Shown here: piece after piece, positions 26,915 to 41,315 of the stretch | Layout of the letters: each line of letters opens with the position of its first letter | How positions within the stretch are numbered: position 1 is the stretch's first letter | Assembly (NCBI GenBank): GCA_951406725.2 | Contig: OX597823.1 | Span: 46,934,001 to 46,998,000 of the forward strand | Direction of reading: 5' to 3' | From: Octopus vulgaris | Lineage: Eukaryota | DNA length: 64,000 nucleotides | Notes under the pieces: model-generated | The model's input: the letters and a program-made list of their open reading frames with translations, nothing else | What the model was told of the DNA's origin: nothing | Database searches by the model: none | Position numbers and translations under genes: made by a program

Positions 26915-26950
<36 letters not shown>

Positions 26951-28123
26951 TCACTTACAAACACGAAGTTTTATACAGATAACAATAGAATATGCTGTCA
27001 GGAATAAGGAGAAAATCACTGCTTTTAGAAACGCTAATGCTTCTAATTTCGAGTTCCCCTAAGGTTTCAAAATATAATTTTCATCGGCGTAATCTTATTG
27101 TTACTACTCGATGATATGTGGATTCTGAAGCCACAATTCTTCGTGCTTTCTGAGTCCACAATTCTTGCAACGCCAGTTGGTCAGTTGGTTTATGTCAAGT
27201 TTGTATTTTATGCAGGATCACCACAATATTGCGGTTTCGAGTGACATATATAGAGAGACACAAAACACTTTAATTTGCCAAATATTCACCGCAAACACAC
27301 AGCTATATACAGAAATACGATGTACATACGTTAGACATGATTAGATATGATGATACCGACATATCTGTAGATCTAAAATATAAATTACAGTAATATCTAT
27401 GTATTTAATTACACTTTTCACCACATAACAAATGAAGTAATCTATTATGTTTATGTAAACATATTTAATCTTTCTATGATGAGCGGTTCCAGTTAACGAG
27501 ACCACGTCATCAGCAAACAGTCTCGGCACTTTCAGCTTCATTTAGACAGTTGTTATACTATTCTGACGAATATAGCAGATCTGAAGATAAACGAAATACG
27601 GTTTGGCTGTGTAGATAGGACATATCTCACGCTCATCGCAACCACATTTGCTTTGAATTTAATCCGCGTACTTGCAGTGCCTTCCACTGTAGCCTTGAGT
27701 CAACTCATATCCAGTGGATACGGTGTGGTGCAGAGAGAGAACAGATGGGTGCTCATCGGATGGTCTGGGCATATTTTCAGGCGGTAAACTTTATTCATTG
27801 GACGCTTTAACTACACCATTTGGAGCCAAGTATGTTTCAGCAGAGTTCCCTCTAGTTCCGGATCAGGTCACCATTCTAACGACACCTCCAAATTTTGATT
27901 CAGTTTCTTTTTGTAATATATATATATATATATCAGTAAGGCGGTCTCTCCTCGTTTGTCGAGCGAAGCGCACTGAATAAACAGCTGGAGGAGGCGTCTT
28001 CCTGGGGTTAAATAGCAGTATCGTCTGTTCTTGTAGATAATGTTGCGATAAACATTATTTCGCTGTATAATAACTGCTTTCGTCTCTAATAGAGATTTTT
28101 TTAATGAATTAGTTTGCTAATAA

Positions 28124-28196
<73 letters not shown>

Positions 28197-28221
28197 TGTG
28201 TATGTATGTATGTATGTATAT

Positions 28222-30744
28222 CAAATAAAACTCCCTCTGCAACAAAAATCAGTATATTAGCTAAAGGATTCAAATTTACCCCAACCCCACGAAGATCTAA
28301 CCAGAATGAAATTAAAGACAATATTCCGGAATTGTGCAGAAAACTACGACTCACAGAAGCACTGACTGACTACAACAACGAGGATGAACCCCTGGTTAAA
28401 AACAGAACCAATTATTTACCACCTAAGGAATGAAACACTAGATGACTTCTGAGACCATATCCAAAATTTTCCAAATACTTTCCATAACCGAAAAATTAAT
28501 TCAAACCTCGACAATTTAGAAAGGAAAAATCTAATTGAACTATAAAATGACAAAGAACTGACAATTAAAGAAGTAGATAAAGGAAGTGCTATAGTCCTGA
28601 TGGACACAGAATCCTAAAAAAATCTAATATTATCCATACTAGAAAACGATACCTTCTACAAATAATTTGTAAACTATAAACAACAAAAAACAATGACAAT
28701 TGTTGCATCCTTATTTAATCTACATGGAAAAGGTCTGACAGAAAAAGAAATAGATTATATCACGAACTTTAAATGCAAACCTAGCATTTTTGGCGGCCTG
28801 CCTAAAATACACAAGAGCAAGCTTGAAGCTTGAAATTACTCACCATGCAAATACATAAATATCCCAGCACCAGATAATTTAAAGTTAAGACCCATTATAG
28901 CTGGTCCAACCTGTGAAACCCACCGCCTAAGCAATTTTCTTGACATCCCACTGAAACCCTTGCCGAAATACATGAAACGTTTCATTAGATACAATCTAGA
29001 TATGCTTGAGCACCTACCAATAAACAACTAATGAATGACATAATTTTTTTCCTTCGATGCTATTAATCTTTACACCAATATCCCACATGACTTTGGAACA
29101 GTAGCAATAAAATTCTGGCTGGAAAAGTACCCTGAAGAACTTCCGGAACGCATAAACCAGGTTTTTATTATTGAAGCATTAAAATTTATACTTCAGAACA
29201 ATTATTTCCTAGTTGACAACACTTACTATCGTCAATAATGCCAAATTGCGATGGGAGCGAAAACAGCCCCTGTTCTTGCGAACATAATAATGGGATATTT
29301 TGAATTCACCATATATGAAGTGTCACTGCAAAAATATGGACACCCATTTCACCATTATATAAGAGAAAACTGGAAAAGATATCTCGATGACTGCTTTATA
29401 ATTTGGAATGAGACCATTTATAAACTTTTGGAGTTTACATCAATACTAAATAATATAAACCCTAGCATTCAATCTACAATGAAATATAGCAAAGAACAGA
29501 CCCCTGTCTTAGATATGATAAAAATGTTAACTACAAAATTAAAACTGACATTTATTATAAGCCAACGGACTCGAAGCAATATCTTCTGTTTAGCTTATGC
29601 CACCCGAAACACATCAGCACGAATATCCCCTTTAATTTAGCAGAAAAGATTTGCACAATAATGCCTGATGGAAATACTCGGGACTTTCGTCTTCAAAACC
29701 TCAGAACAACACTAACTGAAAGACAATATCCACGCTCACTTGCAGACGATAGAATTAAGCGTGCCAAGAAATTAGGCACTAAATCACTAAGGGAAACAAA
29801 ACATAACACTACGGCACATCTCAAAACATTACCATAAATATTAACGTACAACCCTAGAAACAATGAGGCATACAACACTATTGTACAGAATTTACCTATG
29901 CTAACTAGGGATCCAAAATGAACTATATTGCGAAAGCACATAGATTCATCAAATGTAAAAAGCAAAACAAATCGCTGAAAATACTTCTGACAAATGCGAA
30001 GCTTTAAACAACAACCACGAAACCAATGGTTGAAAAATGTGGACGTCCAAGCTATGGAATATGCCCCAACCTGCAGGAAGACTCGGAATTCTTATTCAAG
30101 CAAGGAGAGAGGTTCACTATTAAAACTAGATTCACTTGTGCCTCCGAGAATTTAATTTATGTTATAACTTGTTCAGGTTGTGGACATAACTATTTAAGAC
30201 ATTCAAGTATGGCATTTAGACAGAGAAACACACTACATGAGGAACAGATCCGTTTACCACAGTGAACACATACAGAGATGTGCAGGGAATCTCCAACCAA
30301 ACTTCGCAGTTTTACCCATCTACCAGTGCAAAGAAACAATTTCTGTACAAGAACGTTTAAATATAGAAACTTTATTCATCGTGAAATACAGAACACGCCT
30401 AAATATGAATGCATAACCAACTTTGATCTTAGTATATATTTTAATTCATTTACACATCACTGTAAATATTTCCTCTCACTACTTTGAGCAATTACCTCAC
30501 CTGTCCTGAATATAACAATCACTAATTACCTCCCCTTAGGTTTTTCTACTTGTTGATTCATTTCAGTCACAAACCCTCATACACAATATGGACTAAAATC
30601 TTCATAAGAAAATATGAAAGTACAATAATTTCAATGTCATGATTAGCGAAAGCAAAACCGGTCGACAAACAAAATACTCTTTGACTTAAAAAATATGTTT
30701 TAAATATATTAAAACTATGTAAACTGTGTGCATTTTACTTCTTT

Positions 30745-30790
<46 letters not shown>

Positions 30791-30840
30791 CATTACAACT
30801 GATCACGTGGGGATAATCGAAATTCTCCTCCCCCCTTTTT
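28222..30840 (+). mobile_element. Penelope-like element (RT + GIY-YIG endonuclease), degenerate, with 3' pseudo-LTR region
   Basis: Motifs ILAKGFKFTPTP, DKGSAIVLMD, GLPKIHK, RPIIAG, SFDAINLYTNIPH, MGAKTAPVLANI, RYLDDCF, YKPTDS, FTCASENLIYVITCSGC in the expected order, with many stops and frameshifts. Confidence 0.93.
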
Positions 30841-31786
30841 CTTACTATATATATATATATATATTTCATTCGGTATTTATTGCGGCCCTACAACTATACA
30901 TATGGTAACAGTGGTATTTATTACACTACCAACAGCGGTATTTAGTGCATGAGGGAACCATGGATAATTATCTGTTTCATGATGTATTCTTGCACACTAG
31001 AAACCCTTAACAGTACAACAACGAAGTCTTTCGTAATTTGCTCAACTGTCTAAAAATAGCAGCTCAATTTCTCTTACATTTACATCCTACCGTCATAAAA
31101 ACTAGACATGTTGAACGATGTGTTATTGGGTTTTCTGTTCATAGAAAATAAAGTTGCTATGGTCATGATTGGAATGCTTTATCTTCCAGGCCTGATAGGT
31201 TAGAGCTTCGCTGGGGTTAAAAAAACAACAGTCACACCACCAACAACACCGGGGAAAAAAGAAATTTGATTGGAATCGGCTACTGGTCGTTTATTCATGA
31301 TCTTGCATCTGTTGATATCACCTTTATTAAGATCTGTACATATGGTAACTCTAGCACTCCTGAACACTGTTGTTATCGATATTGCTGCTATCGCTGTTGT
31401 CGTCGTCGGCATCGATTTTGTTGGTGTTATAAGCCCTGTTATTTAATTCCAGATCTCAGACGACATAGAAGAACTGTTCCGTGTTCACATGTGATGTTTC
31501 TTCTAATCTAAAGTATTCATTTATTCATTCCTAATTTGCACGATACGGCTGCGTAGCTGATGTTATTCATTTTTAGTTTAGTTTCTCATAAGATTCCATC
31601 TAAATGTCACCATAAAGCACATAAAGACTGTCTGGACTGATGTGAAGCCTCTTACACCTTATTTATCTTTCATATAAACTCTATGAACACTGACTAGTAA
31701 ATTGGCACTGGTTGTCAGAATCATTCTTATTTTGTTGTCAATATAATGAATTTTCTCACTTGATCAATCAACTATCCCAAATGTTG

Positions 31787-31847
<61 letters not shown>

Positions 31848-32120
31848 TAATAATAATAACGGCAACAACAACAACAAAAGCACTGCTACAAAAAGGAATT
31901 GTGGGGGTATTGATTTGTGTTAGGATGAAAGTTACGATCTTTATAATTTTCTCAGTTTGGTGAAGAATTCGTTGGTTACTCATGCATTCGTTTGCAATAC
32001 TATTTTATAAATATATTTTCATTTCTACTAAGGTATTTAATTATAGCATTTCTCTTCTACAAGATGGATGACAGAAAAGCCGTTGATAGTGTCATGCTTG
32101 TAAGAATACATACATACATA

Positions 32121-32171
<51 letters not shown>

Positions 32172-32232
32172 GTATATATATAATATGTATAAATATGTAT
32201 GAATGTCATATATACTTGTATATACGAATGTG

Positions 32233-32270
<38 letters not shown>

Positions 32271-32775
32271 GGAAATGTAAATACATATATCCACACACAC
32301 ACACATATATATATAATATATACATATAGATATTTGTATAAATGTCTATACACAACCCTATAAATATATACGCATACATATATTTACATGTATTTCTAAA
32401 TATTATTGGACTGTTGCTGATGTAATGTTTGATGTACGTATTTTTTCAAACCCAGCTGTTTGTTATTTCAATGCCTCTAAAAGTTTAGCTATAACAAGAA
32501 AGAGATAATCTGTACTTGTTGACAATTGTACATTAGTAATTTAATTAACAGTTCCCTATTTTCCAATATATTTGATAAAGTCCTACTGGCCCTTTTAGTC
32601 CTTTTAGTCACATTTGTTCTGTTGATATTATTAAATAATTTCAAAAATTAATCTAGTGCTGGGTAAAATTATTTGGAGGATATTTAGCAGTTGGTTTAGG
32701 AATTATTTTAATGTATTTTTGCAGCCTTTCACGAAACCACTTCAAATTGTTAATCGATTGACTGTTTATATATAA

Positions 32776-33176
32776 CTAACAGTATCGCCCGGCGTTGCTC
32801 GGGTTTGTAAGGGAAATAACTATAAAGCATTTTTAGAGAGTTATAGCCAAAAAATATGGAAAAAAATGCATTAAAAATGGAAAAAAAATTATAGTAATTT
32901 TTTTTTAAATCGTTGACTCATCGTAGACATTTTTAGAGAGGTACTTCCCTTATATAATAGCAAAAAAATGCGTTAAAATGGAAAAAAATGATGGTAAATT
33001 ATTTTTAAAATCGTAGACTCATTGTAGACGCGCGCTAATACCCAGAAGGGCTCGATATGAATCACGACTATAAGATACCCGGTTTTGGTTAAACTGCACT
33101 GCAAAATGTGGGAGTAGTTAGGAATCTAAATCGTAGGAGACAGACACTCACACAACTTCACTTTTATATATATAGA
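32776..33176 (-). mobile_element. Non-autonomous Helitron-like element
   Basis: 5' TCTATATATATAAAAG; 3' hairpin CCCGAGCAACGCCGGG then a CTAG-like end (TTAG); A|T insertion; internal ~100-bp tandem duplication. Confidence 0.75.
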
Positions 33177-34160
33177 TTATTGGATAATTATTGGCAGTAC
33201 AAAGTATTTCTTTAACTTAATCTGTGTATCCTTTTCCTTTTATTTGCATATCCTTAGCCTTCTTCTCCTTCTCTTTGAATGTCCTTAGCCTTCTTTCTAT
33301 GTATGTCCTTAACCATATCGTACAACTTACTTTCTGGGTCCTTACCTTTCTCACATGACTTATTCTGTATGTCCTTGACTTCCTTATACGACTTTACTTT
33401 CATATTAATCTGAAAGAAAGTTTCTGCTTCATCAAATTTTACTCGGGCTAATGAGAGTGTCTCATCATAGCCGCCAGATCTTGTAGAAAGAGCAACCAAA
33501 TCATCCTCTGATTGCACTCCGTCGTTTTACCTTAGGAAATAAAATATTGAATAATTCTTCTTATGAAAATACTGATTGTTCTTCGATCAGAGTTTACCCG
33601 GCGCTAAATAATAATTTACTTGGCGTTAATTAGCGCGTTCCCGAGCGATTGACACATGACCCTCGTGCACAGACGTAGCAGAAAAACAGACCGAAAATTC
33701 CCTTACCTCACCACATGACCATTCTTAATTATTCAATCCCTTAATATGGGTCTCCTAACGACAATGTAAACTTTATTTAATCAAGATACTCTTGGCCTGA
33801 AGAGTAGCCTGTGGTATACACCTCGCTTGGATATTTACCATTATATATGTAGCTCGGATTTTATCTACTGCACTCCTTAACTCTTGGATATATGCATATA
33901 TACATGCATATGTGTGTGTGTCTGTGTGCGTGCATGTGTGTGCGTGTGTGTGGATCAAAACAGTTTGACTCAAACTCCTTGGTACTCTGAGTTTTAAGCG
34001 TATTGCTAGACTTCGGCCATTGATATTGAGTGGCCGAAGACTACTAACACGCTTGAAACTCAGAGTATCAAACAGTTTGAATGAAACTGTTTTGCTCCAT
34101 GCATGTAACTCCCAATAAAAGTGGATATACAGACAAACAGACAGACAGGCAAGCAGGCAG

Positions 34161-34287
<127 letters not shown>

Positions 34288-34344
34288 ATGTGTGTGCATG
34301 TATATTTGCATGTATGTTTATGTTCATGTATGTGTATATATATA

Positions 34345-35085
34345 AATGTTAAGGAGCTCTCTTTACATTCATATGGTTTGGGGTTTAGTCTCACTGCTTG
34401 TCATCTTGGATAGATGTTTTCTACTATAACCCCGAGATGAGCAGAGACTTGTGAATGGATTTGGTAAACTTGACCAAATTATTCACTCAAACAATATACA
34501 CAACATTAAAAAAAATCTACCACGCCTTGGGCCAAATGTTACACCTGCTCATTTTTCCAGTGAATGGCTTTTACAACAAGTAGGTGAAAAACAACCCTTG
34601 AACTATGTGAAACAACGAAAGCTCACCATTTTCGAAAAAGCAAAGGTTTGAAAACTTTATCGTAGAAGGAAGAGTAGAGGGCAGTAGATCAAGAGGCAGG
34701 CAAAGGACGCAATAGATGGACAATGTCAATAGTTGGTTAGGCAAGAGTGGCAAGACAGCTGGAGGACTCGCGCTTAATCGGAAAAAACTAAATCTAACAC
34801 GTGACGTTCCCGAGCGATTGACACATGACCTTAATGCACAGCGTAGCGGAAAATCGGACCGAAAATTCCTTACTTCCCCTCGTGACTATTCTCAGCTAAG
34901 CAATCCCTTAACCGGTGTTGGTTTACTTATGTCTCCTAACTTAGCGTGTGCTGAAAAATAAGCGATAGAATAATTAAGTAACAGACTCAAGTGTAGGTAT
35001 TGGGGTCGATTTGTTTAACTGTACTCTGTAAGGCGGTGCTCCAGCATGGTCACAGTCCAATGATTGGAACAAGTAGACGATAAAA
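34345..35085 (+). mobile_element. Old SINE A split by an RTE-like LINE 3' fragment (34480-34790)
   Basis: A 5' part 34345-34470 and 3' part 34910-35085; insert translates LNYVKQRKL.../IVEGRVEGSRSRGRQRTQ*MDNV. Confidence 0.65.
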
Positions 35086-35514
35086 TATATATGTATACAT
35101 ATATGTAAACACATACATACATATATACATATAATGTTCCTAATCATGGGAACATTATATATGTTTTAGTGTATATTCATCTGTGATTACATTCAATAGG
35201 TATATTTGTAATTAATCACCAGATTTCAATGACAGCATTTGCTGAACAAATAAATATATTGTACATGGTGATATTTGAGAGAAATTCATAACGCCTTGTT
35301 CAAGATATTATGATAAATGAGAATATAACGAATATCAGCATTAAAGTTATAAACGTTTTGTTTTTAGTGGCAATTCTAAATTCACATTACAATATCTGTA
35401 TACTTTTGCATGTAAAGGCCGGTGTGATCATTTGAAAGGAGTGTACAAGATGATGGCGAGATTTTATATGTTATTTAAAAGGAGGTAGTTTTATCGTGGA
35501 TGGATGGATGGATG

Positions 35515-35598
<84 letters not shown>

Positions 35599-35911
35599 TT
35601 CTAAATTTGGCAATATTAATACGATGAACATAATTCAAAATCATGATATTTAAATCTCATATTCTAAACTCAGTACAGTCTGGATATGTTATTAGATTCG
35701 GAAAATATTTAAGTATCATTTTCACAGGTTATAAATTTTAACCCCTTTTAAATGCAATATTTTAATATTCTAGTGGTATGAATGTCTGACTGAGTTGTGA
35801 AGTATCTGCTGTGTATCGCTTGAAAATAGTAACAAAATTTCCATTTTATAAACTTGCAGGTTGGACCTATGATCATAGCAGGCGTAACATAATAATAATT
35901 AAAATAATAAT

Positions 35912-36467
35912 GCTTTCTATTACAGGCATAAGACCTGAAATTTGGGGGAAAGGGACTAGTCGATTACATGGACCCCAGTATTTCACTGATACTTAATTTA
36001 TCGACCCCGAAAGGATGAAGAGCAAAGTCGACCTCGCGAAATATGAATTCAGAACGCAGCGACGGGCGAAATACCTATTTCTTTACTACCCACAAGGGGC
36101 TGAACACAGAGGGGACAAACAAGGACAGACATAGGTATTAAGTCGATTACATCGATCCCAGTGTGTAACTGGTACTTAATTTATCGACCCCGAAAGGATG
36201 AAAAGCAAAGTCGACCTCGGCGGAATTTGAACTCAGAACGTAGTGGCAGACGAAATACCGCTCAGCATTTCGTCCAGCGGGCTAACGATTCTGCCGGCTC
36301 ACCACGTTGCTGATGATGATAACAATAATATTAATGTTTTCAATGTTTGGCACAAGGCCAGCAATTTCGGGGAAAGGGATAAGTAGGAATTGGAGCCGAG
36401 AGTGTAAAGACGGACGAACTACCTCTAAGCATACTGCCCGGCGTGCTACCGATTTTGCTAGCCCGCC

Positions 36468-36470
<3 letters not shown>
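35912..36470 (-). mobile_element. SINE family B dimer plus one deleted copy
   Basis: Family B blocks; junction GAAATAC|CTATTTC at 36068-36081. Confidence 0.85.
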
Positions 36471-36532
<62 letters not shown>

Positions 36533-36750
36533 GTTGTTGTTGTTGTTGTTGTTGTTGCCTTTGCACAGCTTCTAACGCTGGAGGTGTACTACAGTGTCAG
36601 CTGTTCACTACCAGTGAACCGAGGTAACACCTCTTATGTTTCGAGCACCTTCCGGAGTATTCGAGCGGTTCCAAGAAGTGCTGTTTTCTGCAAGTGCTCC
36701 ACTCTTATAACCAACATTTCTGGCTCGTACTCTGGTAAGAATTTGCTGAA
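36470..36750 (-). mobile_element. R4/Dong-like (RLE) non-LTR retrotransposon 3' end with (CAA)n(TAA)n tail
   Basis: IRVEHLQKTALLGTARILRKVLET* matches the conserved QKxxLLGTAxILR terminus. Confidence 0.8.
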
Positions 36751-36907
36751 TTGATAACAGACCAATACAGTTTGCTCAAAAGTTAAAAACATATTGCACC
36801 TCATTAGAGGTAGAAAACTGAAGGCGTTTATTATTGAATAAATGACGACGCAATGGAATGCACGTCCTTACCAAGTTAGCTGTCGAACCTATATATTATT
36901 TAAAAGT

Positions 36908-37298
36908 ATTACTCTTTTACTCTTTTACTTGTTTCAGTCATTTGACTGCGGCCATGCTGGAGCACCGTCTTTAGTCGAGTAAATTGACCCCGGAACTTAT
37001 TCTTTGTAAGCCCAGTACTTATTCTATCGGTCTCTTTTGCCGAACCGCTAAGTGACGGGGACGCAAACACACCAGCATCGGTTGTCAGGCAATGCTGAGG
37101 GACAAACACAGACACACAAACACACACACACATATATACATATATACGACAGTTTTTGTCTACCAAATCCACTCACAAGACATTGGTCGGCCCGGGGCTA
37201 TAGCAGAAGACACTTGCCCAAGATGCCACGCAGTGGGACTGAACCCGGAACCATGTGGTTGGTTAGCAAGATACTTACCACACAGCCACTCCTGCGCC
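36908..37298 (-). mobile_element. SINE family A, young full-length copy
   Basis: Near-consensus. Confidence 0.9.
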
Positions 37299-38330
37299 TT
37301 ATTGTGTGTTTCATTTTACAATTTCCTCTTGAGTACATACCCGGAGCCCAACGATTGAGACAAATGAAAGTGATATACGCCCTCCATAGATAATACTATT
37401 TAAAAATACCTAAAAATACATAGAATACGAAAATGTTCGTGTAATGCGATGAGGAGTGACTCCTAGCATTTTGGCAAAACACTGAAAGAAGACCAGATCA
37501 TATCACGACTCACGACACGCTTAATTTTACTAAATTTTACTATTCTGTGTAAACCAACGCTACTTCTTTCGGTCGTCATAGTTTTTGAGGCTCCGTTAAT
37601 TTTCAATAACTCGAATGATAATTTATTTTGTATCACATAGTCTAACATGCTTAAAAACGAAAACGAAAATCGGCAGATAAAATCGAATTACACATAAAAG
37701 ATAATGGTATATTACATAAACAGGACATACACTACACATACGGCATTACAAATATATTGATCTTTTTCACTAGCAAACAGTTGTAAGGTAATATTATTGC
37801 AATAAGTCCAATTAGAAAAGTTGATTAAATTGTCGATGCACCTTTAGTACTGTGACCATCTGAAGCATGAAAGGAACAAGCTGTCATCGAAGCGTCTAGA
37901 AAAACAAAGCTAAGAATAATAAACACAAAGGCGAGCATCCAGACAAAAGGCGAAAAAGCACTTGTACGCAAACTGGGTAACTTACTAGTAAATCAACTGG
38001 TTTTTATTAATAAACATACCGTCTGACTGTAGTAGGTCCCCACTGGGTATGAGATCAAAGACAGGGAAATGAGCATAATACATACATAAGTATAGATAGA
38101 GAGAGATAGAGAGATAGAGATGTAGATATAGGTACATATACACACATATATATATATATATATATATGTGTGTTTGCATATATGTATGTACTATAATATA
38201 TATGTATGTACTATATATATATATATATATATATGCATATATACAAATATATATAATTATCTCTCTCTGTCTTATGTATGTAGGTATGTATGTATGTATA
38301 TTTATATATGCATGCACATATATGTCTGTA

Positions 38331-38362
<32 letters not shown>

Positions 38363-38365
<3 letters not shown>

Positions 38366-38620
38366 AGGCGCGTGGCTTAGTGGTTAGGGTGTCAGCATCA
38401 TGATCGTAAGATAGTGGTTTCGATTACTGGGCAGAGCGACGCGTTGTGTTCTTGAGCAAAACACTTCATTTCACGTTGCTCTAGTCCACTCGGCTGGCAA
38501 AAATGAGTAAAGCTGCGATAGACTGGCGTCCCTTCAAGCTGGAGAACACATACGCCATTGAAACCAGGAAACCGGGCCCATGAGCCTGGCTAGGCTTTAA
38601 AAGGGCGCGTTATTTTATTT
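38363..38620 (+). mobile_element. tRNA-derived SINE, head D + tail type iii
   Basis: TGGCTTAGTGG A box; TTGTGTTCTTGAGCAAAACAC; CTGCGATAGACTGGCGTCCC tail; tail end recurs at 60849-60898. Confidence 0.85.
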
Positions 38621-38701
38621 ATTTGTATGTATATATTTGTACGTATGTATGTACGCATGTATGTATGCATGTATGGATGTATGCATGTATGTATGTATGT
38701 A

Positions 38702-38732
<31 letters not shown>

Positions 38733-38765
38733 ATGTATGCATGTATGTATGTAGGTATGTATATA

Positions 38766-39175
38766 GGCCTGGCTGTGGAGTAATAAGCTTGCTTACCAAC
38801 CACATGGTTCCAGGTTTAGTCCCACTGCATGGCACCTTGGGCAAGTGTCTTCTACTATAGCCTCTGGCTGATCAAAGCTTTGTGAGTGGATTTGGTAGAC
38901 GGAAACTGGAAGAATCCCGTCATATATATATATGTGTGCATGTGTATGTGTGTATGTGTGTTTGTGTGCAAACATGTATTTGTTTGTGTCCGTGTGTCTT
39001 TGTTTGACAACCGATGGTTGTATATTTATGTACCTGTAACTTAGCAGTCAGGCAAAACAGACAGATAAAATAAGTACTAGGCTTACAAAGAATAAGTCCT
39101 GGGGGATGTACGCTTTATTTGACTAAGATCCTTTAAGGCGGTGCTCCAGCATGGTCGCAGTCAAATGACTGAAAT
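38766..39175 (+). mobile_element. SINE family A
   Basis: Head, internal microsatellite and tail. Confidence 0.85.
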
Positions 39176-39744
39176 TTTTTCCAAGACATGCGACTTAAAA
39201 TGACGTAACACGAACAAACATTTCAAAAAATTAATTAGCTTATATTTGTTTTGATAAAGATTTGTACATATTTTGACATGGATTTCATTTGATTTCTCCT
39301 ACCATTTTAATTTTTAAGTGCTTTTTGTTTTTATTTTTCAAATTTTATACTTTTAAACATGCACACCGAGACCGACGTAAAGTCTAAAAAGAAAAAAACA
39401 AACTAAGACGTAACTCGAAATGTCATAACCTATGGTTAGCCCCTGTGTGTGTGTGTGCGTGCGTGCACGCGCTTATATATGTGTATATCATTAATCCGTT
39501 AATGAAATACACATATATGTGTATATCATTAATCCGAAAAAGAAGCGCACTCTGAGTTATAGAGCAGTAGAGTATATAGATGAAGATAAATATGGCCGAT
39601 CTATGGACCAACGTTCATAAACCTTGCAGAGTTTCTTCCAACCCTTGGCTTATGACCATAGGCCTAGGCTCTGAAAAAGGCTAAGCGCTATATGAACGCG
39701 AAACCCGGGGTTATCCCAAGGACCGGCCATATCAATCTTTACCG

Positions 39745-39789
<45 letters not shown>

Positions 39790-39793
<4 letters not shown>

Positions 39794-40105
39794 CTTTATT
39801 CTTTTACTCTTTTACTTGTTTCAGTCATTTGACTGTGGCCATGCCGGAGCACAGCCTTTTTCGTCGAGCAAATCGACCCCAGGACTCATTCTTTGCAATG
39901 AGGATAGTACTTATCCAATCAGTCTGGGTTACGGGGACGTAGACACACGACCATTGGTTGTCAAGCGATGTTGGGGGGAAAACACAGACACACAAACATA
40001 TAATTACACATACATACATATATATATATACATACACATGTATATATATACATACACATATATTATATATATATATACATATATTATATATATATATATA
40101 CATAT

Positions 40106-40139
<34 letters not shown>

Positions 40140-40190
40140 ATACATATTATATATATATATATACATATATTATATATATATACATATATC

Positions 40191-40222
<32 letters not shown>

Positions 40223-40252
40223 CATATATTATATATATATATATACATATAT

Positions 40253-40284
<32 letters not shown>

Positions 40285-40311
40285 ATACATATATTATATA
40301 TATATATATAC

Positions 40312-40360
<49 letters not shown>

Positions 40361-40378
40361 ATATATATATACATGTAT

Positions 40379-40410
<32 letters not shown>

Positions 40411-40470
40411 ATATACATATATTATATATATATATATACATATATTATATATATATATACATATATTATA

Positions 40471-40510
<40 letters not shown>
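39790..40510 (-). repeat. SINE A 3' half whose internal microsatellite runs into a ~500-bp interrupted (TA)n tract
   Basis: A tail 39790-39998 followed by (TA)n with periodic CAT/TT interruptions. Confidence 0.8.
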
Positions 40511-40512
<2 letters not shown>

Positions 40513-40740
40513 TCATCATCATCATCATCATCATCGTCACCGTCATCTGCTTGAGCTCGCTCGGATAGTTTTAATCTGCGCATGCCATCCATCTCTGTTT
40601 TGCATTAGTTGAGGGAGGTATTCGGGGGAGGCATCCAGTATCTCTGGCTGGTTGATCAACACACGTTGTGTAGGGACGACCTGCTTGAGTACTGCCATGC
40701 TTTGGCATCCATGGCAGTAGGTCATTTGCCGGCTGACAAG
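40510..40740 (-). mobile_element. RTE/RTE-X-like LINE 3' end with (GAT)n tail
   Basis: PKHGSTQAGRPYTT.../EYLPQLMQNRDGW...IRASSSR*. Confidence 0.7.
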
Positions 40741-40853
40741 TTTATTGTAACTGAATTCTTTTTACGTCGTGACTTAAATTCGATACCTCTGCAGTCTTCC
40801 AGCGAGAATAGTTTTAACTACGCAGTTACTTACTATCATATTTGCATTTGTGT

Positions 40854-41167
40854 GAAGGAGCGTGGCTTAGTGGTTAGGCTGTTCAAGTTACGATTCTAAA
40901 ATCATGAGTTCGATTCCCAGCGGTGCATTGTGTCCATGAGCATGACACTTTATTTCATGTTGCTCCAGTCCACTCGGCTGGCAAAATGAATAGTACCTGT
41001 ATTTCAAAGGGGCCAGCCTTGTCACATTCTGTGTCACGCTGATTCTCCCTAAGAACTACGTTAAGGGTATACGTGTCTATACAGTGCCCAGTCAATTGCA
41101 CGTTAATTTCACGAGCATGCTCTTCAGATCAATTAGAACCCTTGCCGTCGTAACCAACAAAGTGCCA
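40854..41167 (+). mobile_element. tRNA-derived SINE, head D + tail type ii
   Basis: A and B boxes, CORE-like body, tail shared with 21460-21620. Confidence 0.85.
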
Positions 41168-41315
41168 GTTGTGTGTATTATATATTTTTAAACATTATAT
41201 TCCATTGTCTTTCATTTGTAGTTTTAGTGCCACATTCATTCTCATTGGCGAGGATAGGGTTTCCTGCTTCTGATGATCAATGATTACCGTTTTATATTGT
41301 TGCTTGGTTCTTCTA

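Noticed and set aside
39671-39716. Hammerhead-like GCG...CGC-GAAAC-CCGGG-GTT
   Set aside because: No properly spaced CUGANGA box
39816-40568. 250-aa YI-rich ORF and the many similar [12 protein letters not shown] ORFs
   Set aside because: Microsatellite translations; (TA)n and (CA)n lack stop codons
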